Assembly: GCA_973895155.1 (NCBI GenBank)
Contig: OZ316898.1
Location: 18,549,292 to 18,613,291 of the forward strand
Direction of reading: 5' to 3'
DNA: 64,000 nucleotides
Origin: Marsupella aquatica
Lineage: Eukaryota; Plantae; Marchantiophyta
In this document: in pieces, positions 23,981-35,821 of the stretch
Position numbering within the stretch: position 1 is the stretch's first letter
Layout of the letters: every line of letters begins with the position of its first letter
Notes under the pieces: model-generated
Database searches by the model: none
What the model saw: only the letters and a program-made list of their open reading frames with translations
Told to the model about the DNA's origin: nothing
Position numbers and translations under genes: made by a program

Positions 23981-26900
23981 TTAGATGTCCAAATTTATCC
24001 CTCCGGGAAGGGTCTCAACAAGAGCTGGCTCAGACCAAACTGGCACTAATTTGAACTTATCCTTCATATACTTTCTAGATCGAATAATCTTCTCAGACTG
24101 CTCTATACTGACTTGTTGACCTTTTGACGGTCCATCAGTCCAAACATAATGAGTAGCACTTGCTTTGAGTGATTTGTAACTAGTTCTACCAATTTCAGTC
24201 CCCGGTTTCCTAACAAAAGGGAGAATTACGGGGCTTCTAGTAGAAGAATCTGTGAAAACAAGCTTATTCTCTGAAGCGCAAAATATTTGGTCCAAGGGAG
24301 AGGACGATGCACCTGCCTCGTCCTGAGGGGGAGTATGGCAGCCACTAGCTTTCTTAGTAGAGAAAATCTCATCCAATTGAGGAGGGCTTGGAATTGGTTG
24401 GCTAATTGCATCCTGCAAGGTGGATTCCCAGCCAACATCCAAGGTTGAAGACTGTTGTTCACATTGTGCATCCCCAAGGTCACCCGATGAAGGAACACCT
24501 GGAACGTCGAGATCATCTCGAGCATCATTTCCAAATTCAGGCAGTATTTCACCCTCCTCTTTCATGTAGCTTGTGATTTTCGGGCCCTCCGTTTTGCGAT
24601 GCTCTAAATTCTCCGCAAATACTTCCTCATAAACACTGGCTTCCACCGGAGCTATGTCTAAGGCCGCCTCTTCTATTACAACAAGGGGACCGGCAGTAAT
24701 TTCCTCAGATGGTAACGGCTCCTTGGGTGGCACATATAAAACCTGTTTGTTGTCATGAAGGAGCTGAGCAAAGGCTTCTGTGAATTCCATCTCTTGAGCT
24801 GTGTCCAAATACACAAAACAATCACGACCAAGAATGACACAAGCTTTCAATGTCTGTCCTCCAGAGAAGAAATCCAACACTGTATGACCTGGGCACGAGA
24901 AATAATCAACAAGATGCTTTGTCATTCGCAAAGGCTTTGCTCTCGGATTTACAAAGCCACCACGCCGACCGACCATCTCATAAGATGGGGCCATCTTCTC
25001 CAAAACTTTGACATCAATAGTGGATTCATCGAGCTTGTCTTTCCCCTTTGATTGGTCTTTGTTGTTCCCAGTAGGGGCCTTCAAAGGCAAGACTGTGAAG
25101 TCTCTGTCCCACTTCTCACTGTAGTTCCAGAACGCATAAAAGTCATCAAAGAAAATTTGGGACCAGTCTGGTTCCTCTTCACAACAAATTCCCCCAAAGA
25201 TGATTGAGTCTCGGGCTCCAATGAGAAAATCTCCCTCCTCCTTGGGCAGCTGATCACGGTAGTAGCTCTCATACTCCAGCTTTGTGTGGACTTTCTTCTC
25301 ACGACAAATCTTTTCAAAGGCACTCTGAATCTGGCCTATCAATGGGCCTTGACGGACAAAAAAGATTACTAAGAGCTCTGTCGAGTTCACCATCTGCAAA
25401 CAATACTCCAGCAAGACAAAAATTTTGGCATCTGTCCACTGCCGTTGTCGAAGATGACCAAAATCGACAATGGAGAGTGGGCACGTCCTTTGCACCGAGT
25501 CAACAATCTCAGGTTTCATTGTCCTCATCAAATTATCGCTAAAAAATGTGCGATAAGGAGTATCCTCCATTGAAGGCAACCCGCCAAATACCTTGCAATA
25601 TATCTGCTCAAGCCTAACAATGAGACTTTGCGGAAATGGGTCTTTTGGCCTATTTCTTTTTAGGAGGTTGGAAATCCAAACCTCTTCAGCAAGTTGTCTA
25701 AGTTTCGGCAACTCACCACGATCCATAAATGCAAGCAAAAATTGAGTTAGCTCAAACCAAGTGAGTGAATTGGCAAACCAATTCGGATACTTCAAAACGA
25801 AGTACTCCACAATTTTTGCCCTCAGCTTGGTCATGACTTTGAAAGTATGAGCCGTATCACTCATTGATTGAACATCAGATTTGTTGGCTGGGTCTTTCTT
25901 CAATAAAACCTTCTGTTGTTGAACGGTAGTAAAAACTTTTAGAATGTCGTCACTACTCAGGTCTCCTTCAAAGCATCTAAACAATGCCGGCGTAATAATT
26001 TTTGTTATCCGGGATTTCCCATTTATTTTTGAACCTAACTCCCCTAGACCATCCGGAAGAAGACACTTGACCCAATCGATGCACATTTGTCTCCAAGTTT
26101 GGAAGAGGTTCTCATCCAAAAACAGCAACCAAAAAATATTCCTCAGATCGGATTTTCCAGTCGTTATTTTGGCAAGGGCCATAAAATCCTGATCCAAATA
26201 GTACAAAGAAAATCTGAGGCTCGAGACGATCTCGAGGTAGAATTAAGGAACTATGGTAAAATTTATGGGAGAATACATGAAGATAAATCAAATACAGAAA
26301 CTTGACCTCGAGGCTCGAGACAATCTTGAGCTAGAAGTGGATTTGAGTTTGAATTTACCTGGAACTTTTGATGATCATACTCCATGGTCTTATTAACAAC
26401 ATTTGCCCTTTGTGAGTGTTGAGCAAGTATTGTTCTTGGAGTTCTGTCCGAAAGAATTCGTGACTTTCGATATTGCAGACTCTTCGCGACCTCCTTCAAC
26501 TTTGCATGGCTCTTAGCCCAACCTATGATCCAAACATTTGCCTTTGCCGAGTGTTGTCCACTGATTGCAAGGAACTGCACCTTCTTATTCTTAACACCCC
26601 ACTCAAACTCCTTTTGATCCTCAGTAGTATTCTCATAATGGAGCAACTACAAACTCTCTCTTGAATACGGAATTAAATCAGCCACAGCTGGTACCATTCC
26701 AGGGTTTCTAACCATGGATTTTGCGACCTCCATGGCATGGTCTTTATTGAACATCCTATATACCAAAACTGCAGACAGCGAATCTATACTAGTGACAGGA
26801 ATGTCAAAAGTTTCATTCATGCCAAATGTGTAATACTCCTCAATCTCCTTAAGAACTTCGGCTCCTTCCTTAACGCTATTTTCTCCCGGAGCATCTCCTG

Positions 26901-27858
26901 GAGTGCCATCATCATCGGTATGTGCATTCACACCCGAGGAAGATGCCGGAATGATATCTACCTTGGGCGGCGCGGACTTTTTTTGAGGTGGAGCCTTCTT
27001 CGCTTTGCTTTTGGGTTTCTCAACCCTCTTCCTCTTTTGAGACACCTTTGCTTCCTTTTTGTCCAAACCTGACGTCTTGTCTCCCGCAGCTATAGATTTC
27101 AATTTACCTATTTGTCTCCGATGAGACAACACCCACTTTTTACAAGCATCCTCGTCAAATTCTTCGGCTCCAAACACAAAATCAGGGGATATGGATTCAA
27201 ACTCCCCCAATTTGGATTCCGACATTAGTCTCAAACCCTTCCACGTGAAAGGAGTCGTGAATGCATCATCACGATCAAACCCATACTTTCGACAATAAAG
27301 GAATCCAAAAATTATGTCCGCTCCAGATATAGGAGTATCTTCTAGCAAATTACTTGTAGTAAAACCCTCGGGGAAGAATCCTATTGATATCACGCTCAGT
27401 TGTTTCCTGGCTGCACGTTCGATGTTAAGATTGCAAGAGTAGTTTTTGGCGTGAAGTCTAATTAGAGCCCACTTCCCTGTCTCATGATTCTCCACCGTCA
27501 AAACCATGTCCTTACCGTTACTCGTTACAATAGAAACAATAGGCCCTAGAAGGCTGCACACTAGAGGATCAACTGATGGAGACCTCGTCTTCACACAAAT
27601 AATAGTTCCTTCCATGTCTTCAGTTTCAGCAAGCTCAATGGCCCAACAGAATCCAAATAAACCCTGTCCAGGGCAGGAAACCTCGATTGCATGTTCATCT
27701 TTGACTACCAAATTAGGCGATCCCAATTTCGCACCTGGTACAGCCAAAATATAGCAATTGTCAGAAACATGTACTACAAAACCAAGAAACAAATAGGTGG
27801 CTCGAGATGATCTCGATCTTCCTTTTAAGTTTAATAGTCTGACATGTTCCAATACCAT
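23981..27858 (-). pseudogene. ParB/Srx-like domain fused to beta-class N6A/N4C DNA methyltransferase domain (element C)
   Basis: FDIPVTSI..LVYRMFNKDHAMEVAKSM..FLAISGQHSAKA (ParB-like); VNPRAKPLRMTKHLVDYFSCPGHTVLDFFSGGQTLKACVILGRDC matches the HPTxKP..LDPFxGSGTT..GR end of beta MTases; in-frame stop at 26647; likely intron at about 26215-26359. Confidence 0.72.
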
Positions 27859-30251
27859 TTCATCCTTGGAATTTAAAAAGAGATTTCAAACCCAAGAAAT
27901 CTAAAAAGATAACACAATAGTTAGGAAACACAATAGGGTCGAGATGATCTCGAGCCACCATCTGTTTAAAAGATCTCGATCCTCATATATATCAGTTGAG
28001 GTTTTATTCCATTGCATATCATGAACCAGTCAAATTTAACAAACAACATTTTCATGAATGATCCAATGTCACCTATTCGACCACATTCAAAACTTCTAAC
28101 TCAGTGGTTTGTCATCTTCACAAATGAGTTGGAGGACTAAGAAAGTGGTCCAAAAGGCAAGCTTGGATCACAATGAAAAGGATATTAGTAATTGACGACA
28201 TGGAGTCCTTCCAACTGGAAGAAATTGGCCAAGGGATACGAATGACCATAAAGGAAGATGGTGAGGGATATATTTGGCTCGAGATGATCTCGAGCCTAAC
28301 ATGTCAAACGAGTGATCCGAATATCATATTCAACAATGAACATCATATTCAATCAATGATTAAAATCCACTTTCTCCATTGACTTCTGATACCCACAAAC
28401 CCGTTCAGATGTCAATAATCAGAACGAGTTGGAGGGTACAGAAGTCCCTGGAGGAAGGAAATTTTAGATTTTTTGGATATGATGTTTCACTTTTGAAGGA
28501 TAAGGGTTTCCAACTTGAAGAAATCTCACTAGGTCACATGCAGGAATTGCATATTGGCTCGAGACGATCTCGAGCCTCATGCCACTTACATCAAATGCAA
28601 AATCAATTGATAGATCACAACTTTTGAAGCAAAGTATTGTAGAAAACATCAATAGGCTTGAGATGATCTTGAGCCTCAACTGCATCCAAGGAATCCAGAA
28701 ACAAGTGGACCAATTGAAGCTCGAGACGATCTTGAGTTAAACCTAAACAGAACAGAGATGATGAATTACGTTTAATGGTGCGATGGATCTGATGCGCTGA
28801 GTCTAGATGGGTCTGAAGCTCTTCGCCAACGGTTGCAAGGTTGTACTCAACGAAGTCCTCCTTGGAGAAATCTACAACAATTCACATGGCTGGTGAAGAG
28901 AGGAACGTACTACGGGCTGAGAACGTAAAAACAAATCTCGAGCCTAAACAGAATATCTTGACCCTATCGAAGCTCGAGCTTAAACACAAAATCTTGACCC
29001 TATAAAATCTCGAGGAAAAAACCTAATCTCGACCCTCTACAATCTCGAGGCTAATACAAGGATCTCGAGGCAAGAGCGCAAAACAATCTAGAGGCAAGGA
29101 GGCAAGGGATGCGAGGAGGCGAAGAGGCGAGGAGGCGAATGTGAAAATGGGGAATTCAAAACCCCTGAAGCCACTATAAGCCCCTCGGGGGTCGGCCTTG
29201 GCCGTGCCAAGCGTGCCAGGGCTCGTCCAGGTTCAGGCAGGCTGCCACGCAACCTGCTGGGTGCGTACAGTCATTATTACGATCACACGTGTTGTCATTA
29301 TTGTTATCCGTACTTCAGCCCTGCCGTGAGTTTAGCCGTGACACAAGTTCAACAAAGCTGTCTTATTGGCCTTTTTGTCTGTCAGGGTTTTATATATTGC
29401 TTCTCTTTGGTCTGTAGCGGGTCATTCTTCTCATTTCGTTTCATTGCTCGCTCGTTTCTCCCTCTGCCTCTCTCTCCCTCTCCCTCTCTTTGGCTCTAGA
29501 TTTCTGCTCTGATCTCTTTCTGTTGTTCTTTTCAAGGGTTGTGGACTCTACGTTTGTGTTTAGGATATTTCGAGAAATTCTCATTTTAAGCCCTGAAGGA
29601 GGTCTAAAATAATTGAGCTCCTATCTTTTAGAAAACCAAACCTTTTCAGCTTATACTAGTGTTGGTCAAAATCCATTTGGAAGCCTTTTCCCTCTATTTG
29701 ATGGCCTTTTAGAAGCTATTTCTTAGTGTCTGGAAGTAAACTGGGAGCCTACTTTCTTAATTGCACCAAATCATTCCTCTAGATCATCTAGAGCCATTTA
29801 TATGTTCTTATTTTGGGTGGCTTATTATTCATAATAATTTCTTTGTCAAATACAATGTCCTTTTTGGCTTGAGATCATCTCGAGTCATAAGTTTGATCCT
29901 CAAACTTATTCACTTTTGCCTTCTTTCTAATGGTGCATTTGGTTTTCCTTCTTATAATTGAGTTTGTAGAGAGTCGGAGGTATAGAATCTGAATTCGCTA
30001 TTCAGTGAGATTTCATATTTTACCTCGAGATCGTCTCGAGCTAAATACTTCTTAATTTTTACATATTGGAGTTTTTTGTCCCTCTTCTACCTCGAGATCG
30101 TCTCGAGGTAGAAGAGTTTCTTATTTTCTCTATCACACAATTTTGTGGGATAAACTTCAACACTTGGGTTTTTTGGTTTGTTTTTGTAGTCACTTTACCT
30201 CGAGATCATGTTGAGGTAACTACATCCAACAGTTTGGACCACGTTTTCAAA

Positions 30252-32939
30252 ATGAGGATTTTCTTTCGAGGGGACAAGGTTTGCCTCGTAATCGACGGAG
30301 TGGAAGTTTCTTGCGGGACCGTCCTCAAGGTTGACCCGGGTGACTCAGTGCGTAATGTTGATTTGGGAAGTAATCGTATAGGAGTTCTCATTGAGAAGTG
30401 CTATGAGGGATCATGGGAAATTCCTTACCCTTTGCTGCCGACCAGGACCCTATTTGATGCTGTCGACTCCTGCATTATTTGGGATGCTTCTTTTGCATAT
30501 TTGAAGTCATAGTCAACTCCAGCGACAACACAAATGGATGCCTCTTGTTCTACAAAGGATACGGTTCCCGGTTTTGTACCAGACAAATCTTCGGTGGGAA
30601 GTTTTGGAGACTCGATTATATCTGGCGATGAAGTTGAGCTTTGGATCGGCAATCAGATTGTGGCTCGTGGATTTGTGTTCAAGACGAATCCCAATGAGAC
30701 CTGTCAGACACAATGAAAGACTTGGCACTTCTAGGATTAGTGTGAAAATATGTGAAGTTTTTCAAGGGAGAGGTTACCCTTTCCTCACAATGGAGCCGAT
30801 ACCGTTCAGGAAGCATTGGACACTTTTGTATTCTGGAATTTAAAGGATGTTACTCGGAGGAGTTCTTCCCAGGATATGCTAAACGACCTGTCCACACGGG
30901 ATGTTTTTTCAAATTATAATTTCAAGGATTATAGTTTGCGTTCTAATTGGATGACCGAGGAGGTGGAATTGTATGCTGAGGATAATCGGACCAAAGTGGG
31001 GGTTGGCATCATCACAGTTCCTTTCGAGTCAGGTGCAATTGATGATGATGTTCTTGGACCAGATCACATTGGGGTTGCTGTCACACGCGTGATTGACCCT
31101 CTATTTTTCCCAAATATCTCCCCAGGAGTGCCTGGTCTTGTTAGGTGGGCCGTCCGTTCACTTCTACTGATATCAAGGGGTATTTTTCTTCTGGATCTCA
31201 TTGAAGAGGTTTCTCCAAAACCAATTATTGATGGTCGAGATCATCTAGAGGTAGATATGAAAGGTGACACTGAGTTTTTGAAGCGCCCGTATAATTTCAT
31301 CAAGAGAACGAAGGTCAACCCAGATGGAAAAAGGAAGAAGCACTTGGAGTCTCGGGCAATACTGAAAATCACAAAGGAGGAAATCTGGAGACCTCCTTGA
31401 AGGATTATATTGGGCTGCAATGAGACCAATTTTTCAATCTCTTTTGGACTTTGAAGCATTTCTTGCAGGTTACTTAGAACCCAAAAAAGTCTCAATTGCT
31501 AGATTTCAAGGAGCTGAAGATGACCAAGACTACTTTGGTGTTGATCCCAAGGCTACGTCTACCTCTTTCAAACCATTGCCAAGGCACCTGATTTGCAAAT
31601 GGATAATTCAGGGAAAGATAACAAAAACCAGTACATGATGACATTTTGCAGTGAGCTTGTTAGTAGAGGGGTTTTTGAACCAGTGCAGATGTCGTTTCTC
31701 ATGGTTGGTCACACCCATGAGGATGTTGATGCATTGTTTTCAAAAGTATCCAACCAAGTGAAGTACAAGGAGGTTTCTACCCTCTTGGGGTTGATGGCTG
31801 AGGTTTGGGAGTGTGAAAGCATTCATCCTGTCCCGTGATGGTTGATCCAAGAGGTTGCAGCTTACAAAGAGTTTTTGAAAACTTTCAAGGTAAAAGACAT
31901 AGAGGGTCACTCAAAACCAGTGGCATTTTTTTTCTCTATGAGAGATAATGTTCCAATATATCAATACAAAGCACATGTGAAACAACCTTGGTACCCTCCA
32001 ACCGGAAGGTCCATTTGGAGAACTGATTCCAGCACCAATGCTCTCATTTTACCAGAAGGTCAACCATTTGCAAAACCCATCTCTGGGGATGTACGAGGCA
32101 AGGTTGAAGAAATCATCCCATTCCTTAATCGTTACATTGAGTTTTTGAAGAAGAGTTGTAAGGATGAGACCTCTACAGCATATCGTGAGCGGTTTCCTTT
32201 GGTGAAATATTGGGAGATGGTGGTGCAAGTATTATCTGGGGAGATTACAATTGAAGGGGAGGCAGAAATACAGTTAGCATTGACATATGAATTCTGGCCA
32301 AAAACCAACCACGGAACTGGTTACAAGGTTAATAGTACAAGAACTTCTGAACCATTGGGGGAGCCTAGTAGTAGTACACAGAATCCACAAATGGTGGAGC
32401 TTCAGAATGAGTACCTGGAAGAGATGGAGGATCAAGCTGCAACATTTGTTGGCGCTCGACACGAGCGAGAACTTGCACGTTGGATTCCTCTGCAGGACAT
32501 TCAAGAGGGTCACTTTGTATTTCTCCGTCCAGAGGATGAATGGGAAAAGAAGAATGGGAAAGAACGTTTCTGGTTGGTGAGAGCTTTGGGTGTTGTGGAC
32601 CCAAACCATGAAGTTCCTTCAGGAGACTTGCAATGCAATGAGAATTCTCCTACTAGTACACGGTATGCTCCTATGTTCCAAGTGCAATGGTGGAGGCCTA
32701 AACATGGTAAGCATGATGCACCGGATCATGTGCGCTATTCACATTGCTTTCAGACCACTAAGACTTGGGAGGTGGATCCTGGGTTTGACAGTGCCACTGA
32801 ATGTTGGCAATTTGCTAATTCTGCTATGTATGGATTCAAGTCACGCTCTAGAGAAGAAAATATAATTGATAGAGGTTTGACCATTCCCAAGAATGTTTTG
32901 AAAATACTCAAAACCTACATGGAAGGGATTGTTGAGTAA
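30252..32939 (+). pseudogene. Transposase gene of element C: three Tnp1/EnSpm-like repeats plus Sola-like (DUF7869-type) DDD core
   Basis: Three V.xG.V..DP...LG...I.V..W repeats (30252-31170); QMDNSGKDNKN..FLMVGHTHEDVDALFS (31593-31838); stops, frameshifts and a probable internal deletion near 31390. Confidence 0.7.
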
Positions 32940-33829
32940 GTCAAATGTTTTTTAGTAGTCACTCTGTCAGAGTGAGGGAGTCTATGTCATTTAGTTTGGA
33001 ATTAGACATGTCAGAGTGAGGGAGTCTATGTCAATTAGTTTGGAATCAGACATGTCTTTAGTACTTACTGTTGGTTAGTACTAAGTAGTATATATATCTA
33101 TTTAAGTAACTAATTTTATTATAATATTTTGGGATACTAGTTTGATTAGGTGGAGGTAATTGGACTTGGATACCTTTATAATTGCTTTAATTAATTATTA
33201 TATCAATACAGACTATATATTACATGAAGTCTTAATATCCATGATAGGATGTGAGTGCCTCTTAGTACTGTCTAGTAGTAAACCTTAGTTTCAACTCGAG
33301 TTGCTTAGAATGTAACAAATTACTTGTCTGAATGGATAGTAAGCCAGGTATCATTCAAATTTAATATATTAAATGCTCTCAATTAGTAACTAAGTAGAAG
33401 GTTAATTTAGCTAGCTAAGGGTAGAGATCATATTGAAGCTTTACTAGTTATATGGGTAGAGATCATATTATTTGAAGCTTTACTAGTTATATGGGTAGAG
33501 ATCATATTGAAGCTTTACTAGACACTTATATTCTATTAGTCAAATTGAATCAATGTAAGTAAGTTCTACTTCTTATCCAACATATTTTACATTATTATCA
33601 CCCAAATGTTTTTCTTTAGAATCCAAATTAATATTTCATTTTCTCCTATGTACAATCTTGATCCCCCAAATGTACAACATCTGGTGCCCAAATGTACAAC
33701 TCTCACTGCCCAAATGTACAATTCTTGTGCCCAAATATATATTTGTTGGTGCCTAAATGTCCAAAGATCAAAGAATTTTTCAGTTTTAATGAATAGACTG
33801 ATACTTACCCTAGATTTTCTGTAGGGCGG

Positions 33830-35821
33830 GAAGGATGGCCTTACTCAGTTGCCATATTGCCTAATGGGGACCTCTATGGTTTTGGTGATCAAGACCAACC
33901 TCACAATGGGAAAAAGTTGATTAACCCACTAGATCGAGTGTCCTCAATAATGGCACTTGGAGACCAACATGCTTCTCTGTTTCATGTTTGTAATGTGTAC
34001 AATCATTATCCAATTCATCAACATGGATTGAATTGGGATGATGTGAACAAATCTGACCATCAGAATTGGGCTGGGCCTCAGAGGATAGCATCAGACAAGG
34101 TGCGTGAATGTTTAACAGATCTACATGCAAGAACTGATATGTTGTATGAATGAAGCTTGGGGACCGAGTTGTATTTGCAGATATGTGCAGATTATATTGA
34201 CATTTTCTACTCCCAGAGACATGATCTGAGGACTAGAGTCAAACTGGCAGGCAAAGTTTCTTGGTTCTTTCGACTGTGGAGGTTGTGGTTAAGGTATGGT
34301 GATCATGCTGTAGGTGGAAATGTTGCTTCACATACAGAGAAAAATATGATTTCAATCCAAGCTTTTCATGATGTTAATATGTCTTGCCAATTCATTGTGT
34401 TGCTTGTATGTGCATTTCGTGATAAATTTTCTCACTTGTGTATTCCATTTCATGAGTTGGGTTCTGATTGTTGTGAGATATTTTTCAGCAAGGTAGGTGG
34501 AATGAGTGGCCATGAGAGGAATTATGATTTTGGCTCTTTGTTGGATAGTGCTGTTGGGTTGAATCGTCTTGCTGGATTAGAATGTGGACCAGAGGGCTTG
34601 AAAGTAGATCGATCACATAAGAAGCAAGATCATGTGTGGGCCAAGCTTCATCCTTTACTTGAAGGTGAAGATGCACCTAATCTTTTTGATTACTCTGAAG
34701 TGCAAACTAATGAGTTGGTGGTTGCAGCCTTGAAAGAAGGATTTGAAGAAGCAAAAGAGTGCCTTAGAAGGTTGCAAATGTCTCCCCGAAGTGATCTGTC
34801 AGCATCAAGAAAGCGGTGGTGGACTCACCCTTGGCATGTGGAAGTTGAAACATGGCCAGATTCAGCTGTCATAGCAGAGGCAGTTGTTGTTGACGATTCT
34901 GAAGACCATGTAGAGCACAGATCTCCAATTGGACCTCGTCCAGAAGGAGAGTTTCATGAATTTGAAGACCCTGAGGAAGATCTGAATCGAATTGATGCAT
35001 GGTTGACAGATGAGCTAACCATTCCTGATGATGTTTTGCAGGATGGGGGTGAGTTAGATGTACCAGAACCTCATTCTGTAGAGGTAGATACTTTGGGGCA
35101 TGAGGTTCGTCATGTGTTGTCTTCTGTTGTGGCTGATCTTACAGAGTCTATTCAGAGCCCTCTACAAGAAAAGAGGAAGGTGTTGCCTACAGTCACCTAT
35201 GAGGGCAGAACAATTTACAAATCTACTTTGGTGAGTCAACTAGTGGGTAACCCTCATTTGTCCAAGGATAGGCTCACAAGGGTGAAACAAGTGGCATATT
35301 ATAATCTTGGTAAGAGGAAACAATGTGATCCAAATACTGTGACCTGTTTTGTTGATGTTGGGAGTGATTGTGGAGTAGCATTTGAAAGTGCTAATGTTGC
35401 AGGCCCTTCTACAAGATCAAAGAAGGGGAAAGGTAAGGGAAGAGGTAAAGCTAGGACTCAAGAACCAGAAGTGCAAGCCAAGAAAGAATTTTGGCTTGGT
35501 CGGATTATGATGATGAGACAGAAAGTTAAGGGACAATGGACTAGAGTGAGATCTGCTATTGATTTGCTTGACAGGCCTACACCTCCTCATGGACACATAG
35601 GGAGTATTTGTCAGTTTTTATTTAATTGGTATAAGCCAACAAGCTCAAGCAAGGTTGAATTCACTTATGATACTAGTGATTTACAATGGATTGATATAGA
35701 AATGGTGATGACTAATGTTACTTTGACCATGAAACAAGGGATTGGCTTAGTGTATGTGTTAGATCGAGTTGACAAACAAGCTTTGGATACTTATATAGAG
35801 ACCATGTCTAGAGTTGAATGA
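33830..35821 (+). pseudogene. P-element-superfamily-like transposase, 5'-truncated
   Basis: DQDQPHNGKKLINPL (DxxH..K..N), DHQNW, GTELYL, GSDCCEIFFSKVGG (xDxxExFF); one in-frame TGA at 34151. Confidence 0.65.

Larger units (their letters stand above)
22351..31250. repeat. Dispersed (C/G)TCGAGA-N3-TCTCGA(G/C) palindromes, about 17 copies
   Basis: Seen at about 22351, 22591, 23712, 24506, 26220, 26314, 27801, 27938, 28278, 28558, 28658, 28720, 29868, 30024, 30091, 30199, 31234, with half-sites at 28930-29070. Confidence 0.88.
21901..33801. mobile_element. Element C: about 11.9-kb DNA transposon (NIF phosphatase, ParB-MTase, Tnp1-repeat/Sola-like transposase)
   Basis: Imperfect TIR TCACCCTATTCATTAAAACTGGAA (21901) versus TTCAGTTTTAATGAATAGACTGA (ends 33801); CCCAAAT-type subterminal repeats at both ends; CTCGAGA-N3-TCTCGAG palindromes confined to this interval; no convincing TSD. 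Confidence 0.65.

Noticed and set aside
19081-27858. Bacterial or phage contamination as the source of the ParB-MTase genes
   Set aside because: The genes have GT-AG intron-like interruptions and TATA boxes, show stop-codon decay, and are embedded among plant-type TEs.
32965-33520. Short tandem duplications (about 44 bp x2; about 35 bp x3), also at 57863-58070 and 63845-64000
   Set aside because: Local slippage-type duplications with no evident function.
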